Shown piece after piece: positions 51,627-64,000 of a stretch of 64,000 nt of DNA. The stretch's first letter is position 1. Each line of letters starts with the position of its first letter. Below the pieces are notes generated by a model, which made no database searches, was not told the DNA's origin, and was given only the letters and a program-made list of their open reading frames with translations. The translations under genes were made by a program, and so were the position numbers. Source of the stretch: Rhizophagus irregularis (lineage: Eukaryota); assembly GCF_026210795.1 (NCBI RefSeq), contig NC_089431.1:2356001-2420000 (forward strand), written 5' to 3'.

Positions 51627-54600
51627 ATGTCAACCACTGCTTCTTCTTTAGTTCCATCCGATGTTGTTTCTCAACTGAATCAAGTTTTATCGAGCTTGGT
51701 CTCTAATAATAACGATCTTCGTTCAAGTGCAGAAAGACAATTGAACGAACAGTGGATCACTCAGCAGCCAGAATTACTACTACTTTCATTAGCACAGCTT
51801 GGAAGAGCACATGAAGAAACTCACGTGAGAAAGCTGTTTAATAGTTTTAATGGTTCTTGGATATAAAATGACTAGGACGTGTTTTATCTTATTTACGCGT
51901 TTTTTATAGGGTCGTTCCTTTTCATTCGTTCTATTACGGAGAATCGCATTCAAACAGGCACCAAATCAAGCCTCAAAACTTGATGATATAACTATTTGGG
52001 ACCGTCTTCAAGAACAAAGTAGGCAAGCTATCAAAACTGAATTATTAATGTCTTTATCGATAGAACGGGAGAATACAGTACGTCACAAAGTCTGCGACGC
52101 TGTCTCTGAGGTAGCTAAAAATTCATTCCTAAAAGGACGTAAGTATTAATTAAACTTCAATTCTATTTAAGATAAAATGTTTATATGCTTATACATGTTT
52201 TGCTTACTTATCATATAGAAAAGTGGAATGAACTTCTTCCAGCACTTATTGAAGCAAGCGAATCACCTAATGCAGAACATCGCGAAGCTGCTTTACGTAT
52301 ATTTTCTGCGGTTCCTAATCTTCTCACCGACTTACCAATAAATGAAGTTAAACAAGTATTTTTAGTCAATTTACAAGATGCTAATAACGCGGCTGTATGT
52401 ATAAAGTATATGTTTATTTTGTTGCGATTGCAACATATTGTGCCTTCCTTACTTATAGCTTATCATCTATTTTTATCCTTATCCTAACTCTTTAACTAAA
52501 AATAAAAAATAACGCATACATAACAATTATATGAACTGAGAGAATTATATGATTTTCTGTTTAGATACGTATGGCCTCTTTGAAAGCTGCAGTCGCTTTC
52601 ATGTTAGAAACAGATCATCAAAACAGAAGCTCTTTTGCCGAATTGATGCCACAGATGTTAGAGGTACAATTATTCCACATAGTGATTACGCAGAACTTAT
52701 ATATAGAAACATATGTGCATTAATGAACAAAAGACCGATAGTTATACTTAGAGCTTGACGAAGTGATTTTATAATTTGAATGCATCAAAGGTGCTTTCTC
52801 CACTTATAGCGCAACGCGATGAAGATGGCTTAGCAGATGGCATTATGGTGTTCATAGAACTCGCGGGAAATTTACCAAGGATATTTAAGCAAGTACTCCC
52901 TAACGTCATGCCTTTTACTATCAATATTGTGAAAGACAAAACTTTTGAAGACGGTACTCGTCAAACAGCTCTTGAACTCCTACTCACATTATCCGAGGCC
53001 TCTCCATCCATGATGCGCAAGACTCAAGACTTTTGCGCGCAAATCATTCCCATTTCCTTGGAGATGATGACAGAATTAGATGACTCTGAGGATTGGTATA
53101 CAACGGATGATGTAAGAATTTTATTTTGGTGAATTGCGTAATCCAAATCATAACAACTTCTTCTAAATATTATCTCGCATTACATATTGTTCTAGCTTGA
53201 AGATGATGATAATGATGAAAATTATGTTATCGGTGAACATGCGATGGACAGATTGGCACGTAATCTTGGTAACCCATTATTTTTTATAATTTTTCTAATT
53301 TATTAAAAATTTCAATTTCAGACATTACTTAATACATATTTGCACGTAGGTGGAAAGGCTATTCTTCCAATTACTTTCAATTATATTCCTTCAATGTTGG
53401 GTTCTGAAAGATGGGAACAGCGACACGCTGCTCTTATGGCAATTTCCGCGATCGGCGAAGGATGTGTTAAGATTATGGAAGCTGAGTTAGGAAAAATATT
53501 AGAGTAGGTGTTTATAAATGTTAATTATTTTAGTTTTAAAATGGATTTAATTCATTATTTTTTCTTTTAGATTGATATTGCCGTATCTTAGAGATCCACA
53601 TCCTCGTGTAAGATACGCCGCATGTAATGCTATTGGTCAAATGTCAACAGACTTTCAAGATACTCTTCAGAGGAAGTTTCATCAAATGGTCCTTACTAAC
53701 TTAATTCCTGTTATGGATGCTCCTGAACCAAGGTACTTTTATTTTTCTTAAAATTTAAATTATGAATATTTCATCTTATTATAACAACATTTATAATTAA
53801 AGAGTACAAGCTCACGCTGCTGCCGCTTTAGTAAATTTCTGTGAGGCTGCTGATAAATCAATTCTTGAGCCATATTTGGATACTATTTTTGAAAGACTTT
53901 TGGTCCTTCTCAATTCAGGAAGAACTTACGTACAAGAGCAGGCTATTACATCTATAGCTACCGTTGCTGACAGCGCTGAAGAAAGATTCGTTAAAGTAAT
54001 GGATTATTTTAAATTAATTTTTTGTATTTCATAATTTAATATTCTTTAAATTCAACAGTATTATAGCTCCATTATGCCTTTGTTGATAAATGTACTAAGA
54101 AATGCAACTCTAAAAGAATATCGATTGTTACGTGGTAAAGCTATGGAATGTGCTAGTCTCATTGGTAAATTTCAATCATTTGCTTGTTAGTTCGATTGAA
54201 AGAAACGATAACGAAGTTTATTCATGGTCGAATTTTTTACGGGATTCAGCTTTGGCAGTTGGCAAAGAAATTTTCACTCCAAATTCTGAAGAATTTATTG
54301 CATTATTGGCCCAGACCCAACGTATGTTTAGATTTCATTGTTTTTCGAAAGAAATATTTATAAAAATTTTGGCATTACGATAATTTACGATAATTAATTG
54401 TTCAAATTTAATTAGAATCGGTTACTGAATCTGACGACCCTCAAATATCATATCTTATCGCTTCTTGGGCTAGAGTGTGTAAAGTACTTGGCGAGGGCTT
54501 TGTACCTTATTTGTCAATAGTTATGCCTCCCTTGCTACAATCTGCACAATTGAAACCAGACTTTGCTGTTATAGATCGTAAATATGAATTTATATTTTTT

Positions 54601-56427
54601 TAATTCTTATAGAAGATTAATCGATAAAAACTAAATTATGTTAAAAAAAAAAAAATAGCTGATGATGATATCGAATCCAAATATTCAGCCGAAGACGGTT
54701 GGGATTTTATTGGAGTAGAAGGACAGGTAATAATAGATAAGAGATTTTTGTATCAAAATATATATATATATACATCCGCACATGTTTACCGAATTATTTA
54801 TTTTTATATCTTGCATTAGCAAATCGGTATTAAAACTACTGTATTAGAAGAAAAGTGTACAGCAGTGGAAATGCTTATTTGCTACGCACGAGAACTCGGT
54901 CCTGCATTTCGGCCATACGTTGACGAGGTTATGAAAATTGTTTTACCTTTATTGAAGTTTTATTTTCACGAAGGTGTACGAAATGCAGCAGCCGCGACTA
55001 TTCCGCACCTTATTAACGCTATCAAGAAATCACCTGATGCTAATCAGGATACTATATTAAATATGTGGCATTCGATCGCAGAAAAAATAATTGAAGTTAT
55101 GAATGGTGAAGCTGATCCGGGCTTTTTGTGGCATATTTATGTCACTTTCTATGAGTCTTTGGAAATAGTTGGTGATAATAGTCTTAACGCTTCTTTGTTA
55201 GAAGAGTTTACAACAGCTACTGAATCTCAATTGCAAGAATTCTATCAGAGACTAAAGCAACGCGAACAAGCTAGGCAAAGTGGTGATTATGATGCTGAAG
55301 ATGAAGAGATTATAAATGAAGAAGAAGAAACTGAAGAAAGTGTTCTTGGTGAACTCTCAAAAACTTTGCACGTTGTATTGAAGACTCACGGAACATCTTA
55401 TCTTCCGTCATTTGATAAGTTGCTGCCAATTGTGACTTTATTTTTGGCTGATGCCAATCCAGCCGCTCGTCAATGGGCTTTATGTGTTTTAGATGATATT
55501 GTTGAATTTACTGGTCCAGCATCATGGAATTATCATACTCATTTTTTGGAAAAAATGATCGCATCTTTGTTAGATATAGGTATATTTTTTATCCATTTAT
55601 ATAAACAAACCTCTTTTCCGCAAATATTGAGTAAGAATGTTGTCTAACTATTTAATAAATGTTCAGCTTCCGATGTTAGGCAAGCTGCTGCTTATGGCAT
55701 TGGTGTATGTGCACAATTCGGTGGTGAAAATTATGCAGACGCTGTCGCAGGTAGTTCAAATATTTAATCATTATTTTGTCTGAAAAAAAGGCACTAAATA
55801 ATTATTTATTTAAAAAAAACAGCTGCATTAACACCTTTATTCCAAGTCATAAACTCCGAGGATTCACGGAAAGAAGAAAACGTTTATGCGACAGAAAATG
55901 CAATATCTGCAATTACCAAAATTCTGAAATTCAATAATAGTAAATTTGATGTTAATGCAGTAATTCCTATATGGCTTAACAGTTTACCCATACGTTATGA
56001 TGAAGTGGAGGCAGCATTGACTTATACTTATTTGTTAGATTTATTAGAATCGTAAGTTTATTATTTGTATAATAACGTGTCTATTAATTTTATTATTTCT
56101 AAATTTTTATTTTTTCTTTTTCTAGTCAACATCCCGCAATTTTGGGCAATAATAATGAAAATTTTCATAATATCATCTTAATCTTCATAGATGTACTTGC
56201 TTCGGCGATATTACCCGAAGCAGTTTCCACAAGAATGGTTTCTGCAGTAAAAATTATGCTAAGTAACCTTCCAGAAAATACCAAAACATCATTATGGAAT
56301 TCTATCGATCCTGAAAAACGGAATGCCTTACAGGTAATCTGAAACATATAATTGTTTGAATTAACATCATTTATATCGATTAATTATTAATTGCAAACAT
56401 TTCTTTTAGGAGATGAACTACTTTTAA
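51627..56427 (+). CDS. PSE1: Importin beta-3 (Kap121/Pse1/IPO5), about 18 exons
   Basis: HEAT-repeat karyopherin motifs [90 protein letters not shown] and VRQAAAYG. Confidence 0.95.
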
Positions 56428-57794
56428 AGATCTTATCATTGTTAGTCATAAAATTTTATTATATATTGAGTATATTGAGTATACTGTATGTACGTTTTTT
56501 TCTTTACCTTATTTTTTTTACATTCGATAGAAACTTAATGAACAACTTTGTAGAAATTAATTGTATGAATAACATAAATTTATGATTTTTAGTCTTATCA
56601 AAAATCTCTATGCATATATATTTAATTACAGAAAAAATTTCTATTTATTATGTTTTTTTTAATTAAAAGTATTATTGTAAAAACATTTGAATTCGTTCAT
56701 AAAAAATATTACGATTTAGTAAAATTTCTTATTCGCTTATTTATTCAAAAAAAGAAATAATATAGAGTCAATTTCAGATACTTATTATAAAAAATATCCA
56801 TTTTATCTTAAATTCTTCGTTCAAGATTGGACACCGAATTCTTTCATTATTTCGATTTTTAAAGAACAAGATATCCCCCGCTAGCAGGTATCAACTCTCA
56901 CTCCGAAGGATCTGTAGACCTAGCTATCTATCTTCAGTCTACACCTTGCTGGTATCTCTTCTATACTAGGTGCCAGGGGTATCGACTATTCTGTCGCCAG
57001 TGAGGCTAGTTAGAGAACAATGTCATAGCACTCATATGTAATACATTGTTAATTATTAACTTATATGACGAGTGTACACTAAAATGAATCAAAGTCACTG
57101 GTCAATACCAGAAACAGTATACCCTTCATCGATATTCGCTAGAGGTTTCCTACTGGTTGGAAATACTCCGTTGGTTAGCCAAAATAATTAGTAATAAAAA
57201 AATAATCTGTCAGCATCAAGGAACTAGCAAACGTTCCGCAACTTCAAGCTAAGACTGATTGATTTGGTACAGAAAAAATCGATTAGCATATTTGGTGTGA
57301 ACAACTTGGTTTTCCAAAAAATATCGTATATTAGTTAAGTTCTTCTGTGTAGTGTTGCACATAAAAATAATTTTTTTTTTTTTCGAGAAAGCTGAACGTA
57401 AAATATGTTGGCTTATGAGGTAGGCGGTTCAAAAATTTACGTATGTTAAGCTTTTTATCTAAATAACGATAGAGATAAATAGGTCAGGACATTACTTGAT
57501 TTTGACACAAATGTTTATATATTCACTTGCTTTCGAACAATAATTTGTTATATCATCTAAAAAGATATCTCATTTCGACAAATAAGTATTTTTATTCAGC
57601 CATTTTTTCTGATATCAGTCTTTGTCTGAAGAACATTTCCATTTTTTAATTTCATATTATTTAACATCGTGATTATAATAATAAACTTGCTAACCATTAA
57701 GAAAATTATATAATTTCTCTTAAAATAAGAACACATTCAATACGTTCAAGTCTTTACGAATCTATTCTGAATTCTTTTTATCATTCCATACACA

Positions 57795-58085
57795 AATGTT
57801 ACTGTCCAAAATAATAATGGACAACATCCATCCACTTCAACTACTTCTACAAATAATCAGTATGGAAGTTTCTATTCCAAAAAAGAAATCAATATGTTCA
57901 TTGCGAAAATAATAACGAATAGGTATCATCACGAAAGAGGCTATTTGACCTTGGATAAAATCTGTAAACTATTGAGTAATATATGATAAACTGATAATAT
58001 ATAATACATATTTTCATATTTAAATTATAACAGCAAGTTAATAGTGTTTTTTTTAACTTATAACGCGATTTTAATATGAATTCTG
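57795..58085 (+). pseudogene. Degenerate paralogous remnant of the orphan gene at 60305
   Basis: VQNNNGQHPSTSTTST at ~57804 matches VQNNDGQQSTSTPTT at ~60398. The downstream ttaacttataacgcgattttaatatgaattctg (~58053) matches taaacttaataatgtgattttaacatgaattctg (~60989). Confidence 0.5.
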
Positions 58086-59837
58086 AAATCTAAATTTTTC
58101 CTGTGTGATAAAGAAATTAGTATGAAAATGATATGTTTATATGATAGTTGTAATATAACTAATCAGTATAACTTGAACCTTTTTATCCTTATTTATAGGA
58201 TATAAAGATTTAATGTAATGAAACCGGTTGTTACAATGATTTCACCATTTCAATCTTTTAAATATTGTAAAATTTGCGAGAGGAAAAATATTTAATAAGT
58301 ATGCATATTCAAAAAGAAATTACTAAAGCTTAAAAGTTACATACAAGTGCTTGCAAAAATGAGAAATCGAATCTGAAATAAATATTTTAATATTAAAATA
58401 TTATATTAAATTCAATTACATATTAAATTTGAAATGTTTTTTTTTTCTTCGTGATAATTCCAATGTCTAATGTCTATTTTTTTTTTAGTTTTTTTTTTTA
58501 AAAAAAAAAAATATTTGGTGCGTTTTTTTTTTCCAAAAATAAGATTTGGTGGAGGGTTTTTAAAGATTTTCTTTCAACTTTTGGGTAATTTCACTATGAA
58601 CACATGAACAGGTGAACAGCATATTACTAATAAGAAAAACACTGAACTTTAAAATTATTTAAATTCCATTTGGATAATTATTTATTTAATCAAAGTTACC
58701 TATAGATTCAATAAAGCAATTATTAGATGGTACAAACAAAAGATGAAAAAAATACTATGAATACGAACAAAGTATTATTTAAAAGAAAAGATAAGAGTAA
58801 GTAAAAATGAAATTATTACATAGATGTAAATTTTTTTTATGGATCTCGGGAAACCTTGGTTTAATATAGAAGTAAGAGAAGTTTTAAAGAGTTATTGCTC
58901 AAAAAAAAATTTTACTTCTGTATTTGTCTCAGCACTTTGCATCTACAATATGGGAGAACATTCATCCTAATTTTTCACGATAATAACATTTTATTTACTC
59001 AATTGGCAGGTACACAACCGACATGGGCATCAATCGATAATGATACAAACGAGTCTTTCTCAAAGTTGGAATTCCAGTGACATTTATATTATCTTTTTTT
59101 CAATGTACATTTGGATGTGACAGTTTAGATGTTCGAGCTTATTAAAATCTTTAGAGCAAACTTTGATTCCCGAAGAGAATCGGATCTTTCCTTTTTTTTT
59201 ACATATCATGTAACTCATTGATGTATTATTTGTCTTATTGTGAAAGTAGTATGATTTTTTTTGGTAAGATTGTATTTGTTGTTATTTTCAGTTTAATCTT
59301 CTAAATGTGTAAACATAATTATCTTATTTTGTAACGGAAACATTCGGTAAAATAAGTTACATTATCAGTATTTGATTAATTAAGTAAATGATAAGACGGG
59401 GTAAAAACATTACGGTCCGATCATTTTTAGATTATCAAGATTTGACAGTTTATTATGTATTATGTAATTTTCTCCACAAATTCAAATGATTAGAAGAATC
59501 TAACGATAAATAATATTTATATGGCAACTGGTCAAAATGCTGTGTTTAATTAATTTTTCCAAAATAGTATAATCTTAATATATGACCGCGTCTCTTATCT
59601 TAAAAATAATCTTAGTACGCCGGAGATCAAAAAGCTTTGATGCATTGGGATAATCAAGGCTAAAAATCTTATCAATGCTTAGACAAGGGGAAAAAAAGGT
59701 GTTATCAAAATCCAGGTGAAAAAAAAAGAATTTGATAAGAGCTTTTTCCTTGGATAATTCATAGGTCAGGTAAATTGAGATGAAATCTAGTTTACTAAAG
59801 ATAGAAAAATTTCGGTTCTAATTAAAAAGTCACACTT

Positions 59838-60046
59838 ATCTATTCTAAATTATTTCAAAGCTGAAAATACCGGAATAATCCGGAATAATTAAAAATTCCG
59901 GATTTGCTTAAAAAAAAAGTGATATATTCCGGTACTAATAAAATTTCCCGGAAATCTAATATGTCATATCCAAAAAAAATTCTGGATCTAAAAAATCTTT
60001 CCGGTTTTACAAGGAATCTTTCGGATCCGGCAAATTTAGAATAGAT
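59838..60046. mobile_element. Probable MITE with multiple (t)ccgg(a) subterminal repeats
   Basis: Inverted ends atctattctaaatt / aatttagaatagat, with about 7 ccgg motifs inside. No clear TSD. Confidence 0.5.
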
Positions 60047-60304
60047 TTTATATGCTATTTCAAAGAGAATAAGAAAAAATTATTTATGTATAAAAATAAT
60101 ATTGTTCAGAAAAACCTTATTCTAATGTCTAATTAAGTCACATCACTCACATGTGCTGGTAAATGACTATGTAAAAAAAACTTATATAAAGCAACTCACG
60201 CGTCCTCTATCAAAGAAAAAAAAAACTAATTTTATGAAATAAAATATCTCATTAATCAAAAAGTAAAATTTTCTTATATTTTAATAAACAAATTATCATC
60301 ACAA

Positions 60305-60856
60305 ATGTCTTACCCTAATGAACACGAATATGAATATTTTGATGAACCTTTGAAGCAAACTTATTATGAAAACGAGTTGAACTCCACTAGCGATTACGTT
60401 CAAAATAATGATGGGCAGCAATCCACTTCCACTCCTACTACACAATATTATAACTCACAACGTGAACATATTGACTTCGTAACACCTGCACCACCACTAT
60501 ATAAAACTAATACGGAATTTTCCAATCCAAAGATTTCAAAGACACTTGATTCTTCTCAGAATCAAATCTTTAAAATTGAACTGGAAATTGTTGTCAGAAT
60601 ACAAAACGATCAGAACCAACATAGAACTAAATGTAATTATTCTTCAACCTTGAAAAATCGTGTTGTAAATAGAATGAATCCATACCGGAAACCGACTGAT
60701 CAAAATTTCAGAAGTGACAGCCATTCTTATTCTTCCTCATCAGTACCACCTGCTATTTATATGCAGAATGCTGATAACATTCGTACGTCATTTCAATCAA
60801 ATAAAGATTTGAATGAATCTTTTAGCAATAATTTTAAAAATAACTTTAGCGATTAA
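60305..60856 (+). CDS. Hypothetical 183-aa low-complexity orphan protein
   Basis: Intronless ORF that is long for this AT content. tatataaa at ~60183 and acgcgt at ~60198 lie upstream. No recognisable domain. Confidence 0.6.
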   Translation: MSYPNEHEYEYFDEPLKQTYYENELNSTSDYVQNNDGQQSTSTPTTQYYNSQREHIDFVTPAPPLYKTNTEFSNPKISKTLDSSQNQIFKIELEIVVRIQNDQNQHRTKCNYSSTLKNRVVNRMNPYRKPTDQNFRSDSHSYSSSSVPPAIYMQNADNIRTSFQSNKDLNESFSNNFKNNFSD

Positions 60857-63800
60857 TATATAAAACAGCAAAAATATATGAACTTATAATATTATTTCTT
60901 TTATAATAAAGTTGTTGTTTATACAAAAATTGTTTAAAATAATGTTTTAATTGAATCAAAGGTTGATTGGTTTTGGTAATCCAATTTTTAAACTTAATAA
61001 TGTGATTTTAACATGAATTCTGCCAATAACTATATTTATGTAACTTATATCAAGTTTTGAATGCTATATTTTCTAAAGTAAGTTTATATCACATAACATT
61101 TGAATAAAATTTAAAGGAAATTGCTAAAGTCAAAAAGTATATAATCAGAGAAAAAAAAATAATAATTTTTTTGCATTTAATTTTTTCCTTTTTTTTTCCT
61201 TAATGTAATAAAAGCTTTTGAAAAATCTGTACTTTTTAAACCTTGAACTCTCTTTTTTAAAAATGTTGCAATTATTATTTTTTTTTTAAAAAAAAAGAAG
61301 AAATTTTTATTATATACAGCAGGTACAAAGAATATTATAATGTAAACAATTTTTTTAATTTGTTAAACTTATGAAAAAAAAATTTCGCTCAATTCTAAAT
61401 TCTAATAAGATGATTCGGCCTCAACAAATATTGTATTATCACTGGTGTCAGGCTCGACAGAAGAACAATAAAAATTTGATAGCACTTAATAGTGACAATC
61501 GCGAGAAACTGCAAAATAATTCTTTGTTTTAAAACGCGTAATCGCGAGAATCACGAATCCATTCCAGATACATTTGTATAGTATTTCTTCAGTATGGCGT
61601 TCGGATATGATAGCTTAGACGTTCTAAATATCTTAAATATTATTTAAACACTATTATAAAATGTTTACTATTTATATCATATTAATTAACAAATCTTTCC
61701 CACACCAAGATTAAAATTTTCCGTTTCGATATAGGCGTAGCACGCATTATTAGTATCACGTTATCTGACAGGTGATATATAATTGTTTTCTATCATATAT
61801 ACAAATCGATGAATTTTATGCAGCCAAATAGGATCCTGTCGTCTTTAATAGAATATGAAAATGGGGGTTTCTTAATGTACTGTACAGTGGTATTAACGTG
61901 CAAACTGGCTGGAGTTAACATTAACGCTATCACGTGCAAGCGCATAACTCCTAAACTCTGGTAGGAATTTTGCTAAATCCTTTGCGCTGTAATCAAAACT
62001 ATATCAAGTTATAATAATTAAGGAATTTTTTTTATAATAATAAACAATGAGTTAAAAATTTTAATGTTACAATAATGAATTTATTGATGCGAATATATAC
62101 AAATTAAATCATTTATTTAAAAAGATTTGAAGCGATATCAGGCCCAAATATCTGAGGCTGTTATTTCCTGAAGTGATCTTCTTGACGTTTTCGCACTTTC
62201 TTTAACTTGGCCAAATTTTCTTTTGAAATTTTATCTAATGACAAGATGACAAACAGAGTTTTGACTGTTTCGTTCCTTTAATTGAAAACGAGGTTATATG
62301 ATTTATAAATACCATTGTATTATATTTCACATCCAATTAGATGTGTGGCTTTAACTATTCTGTACTTAAAAAAAGCATATTAAGATTAAGAACATGACTT
62401 TATTAGCAAAGTTACGAGGCCATTTTGTGTGTTAATAATAAAATACCTAATATTTAAACCAAAAATCTTCTTTATTACAGTACTGTTTAATAGTTATTTT
62501 ATTTTTTAATATACTGTATATTGGGTTATTATCATATTCTCTATTAACTATAAGCAAATATATTGTTATATTAAAATTTAAAATGAATTTTATTGTCGGC
62601 TATGAATACGTTTTATATCCAACTGGGCTAATTCAAACCTTAAATTTATATTAAAAATTATGCTATTTCTATTAAAAAATATTAATTTATATTGTGTGAC
62701 GCCATTTAAAATAGCATAATAACCAACTTACTAGCGAATTTATTCCGTACTTGTTGTAAATTGTAATATATTTTTTATTTTAAAATCCCTTGTAAATAAA
62801 ATATATGTTAGCGAAGTTAGCGAAAGATAAATTTAATGGATGATTAGATGATTAGAGTTCACTCATTTTGAGCATCTCCCTGCGGCACGCCCCTACTTTG
62901 TTCGATTTTTTAGTATTCACTTTTCGGATAACTAAAAAAAAAATATATCTGATATATATTCTTTTTACTGTTAAATTATATTTACAAAATCATTAATTAT
63001 GAAAAAAAGTTTTTAGATTTATAGACAGGGATTTTCCTCCTGTTTAATTAAATTAAAAATATTTTTTTATTTTTTTTTTTGCGTATTAAGAAAAATCTAT
63101 AATTTTTTCGGTGATTAAAAATAAAAATAAAAAGTAAGCCATAAGTTTATTTGTATCGTGGGAAATATATAACTGAAATATATTATTTACGCGCAAGGAC
63201 AACGCTATATTATTAACCAATCTTTTTTTTTGTAACTTACGATATTGTATTGTTTATTAATAAAAAAAGGTTATATATAAAATCGTGACATCTGATTGGT
63301 TGACTTTTAAAAGGGTAAAGAATTTATATACTTACCAATAAAATTACGTCCTGATCACGTGATAAACTTTTTATATATAAACTTTTTTTTAATGAAAATT
63401 TAATCAAATCATCACATGATAATTAATAAGCCAATTATAATTGAGAATTTGGGACTATGTATTTTAAACATCTCATTATAAATGCTATCTTCATTTTCAG
63501 AGAAATCAAAATCTGATTGAGAAAAATCTGATTCAAAAACATTATTATCCAGTTTTAATGTTTTGAGCAAGTCCCTGCAGTTTTTTTCTTGTTGTTTTGA
63601 CAACTATCAGAGATCTATTAATATAGAAATTGTATCATTGTACAAATTTTTCATAGTCACAATTTTTAATTTTATAGTAAAATTGAATCGATATAACTTT
63701 TTAAATATTTATTTATATAAAAAATTATCTGGTAGTTATCATTTTTATTGGATAAAATTTTAAATTTAGTTTGAATTTTTTTATGTTTTAATAAATTTTT

Positions 63801-64000
63801 GTCACTTGTCGATTATAGAAGTTACGCACTGTATAATTAAACATCTGATAATTGAAGAATTAGTTCGATAAATTCATAATTTTTTAATTTTTTGTCCCGC
63901 GGCTCATCATACACGAGTCAAAGTGAAAAAGAAGTCATGATTACGTAAAAACTCACATAATGAAGTTATAATTCTACTCGATGCTATGTAATTCGCATCG

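Noticed and set aside
56875..57010. GC-richer patch with a minus-strand IVDTPG reading (GTPase G3-like)
   Set aside because: Surrounded by stops, with no G1 motif nearby. It could be chance or an unidentifiable relic.
63412..63763. Short ORFs near the window end
   Set aside because: No recognisable domain, and the upstream frame is closed by stops. Cannot be supported as genes.
1..64000. Window-wide enrichment of TACAGTA/TACTGTA footprints
   Set aside because: By rough count the number of occurrences is near chance expectation at this AT content. Only the frame-restoring case at 19558 is supported.

Overview
Eukaryotic, very AT-rich DNA with many short GT-AG introns. Gene style and repeat types suggest an early-diverging fungus, most likely Glomeromycota (Rhizophagus-like); this is inference. 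The window has three zones. (1) About 1-26 kb is a gene-poor transposon graveyard. It holds a complete but broken Mutator/MULE element (8663-12420, perfect 9-bp TSD), many small TIR elements with TA, 3-bp or 8-bp TSDs, and an AIG1/GIMAP-like GTPase pseudogene disabled by a Tc1/mariner-type excision footprint, a 1-bp deletion and a MITE insertion. (2) About 26.8-56.4 kb is a gene-dense block: EndoU, a small membrane protein, PAQR/IZH, TSR3, RtcA, SSADH, a long-tailed CK1, a family-X polymerase, an Ina17-like protein, a GNAT, NMD3 and importin beta-3 (KAP121/PSE1). (3) About 57-64 kb has an orphan ORF and a degenerate paralog. The strongest candidate novelty is the intact 8-exon Pol beta-like gene. 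Its two DxD catalytic aspartates are replaced (S-L-N) and the third becomes Glu, yet it keeps the dRP-lyase lysine and has a mitochondrial-presequence-like N-terminus, so it is a probable polymerase-dead PolX. All alignments were done by eye from remembered family motifs; no searches were run.
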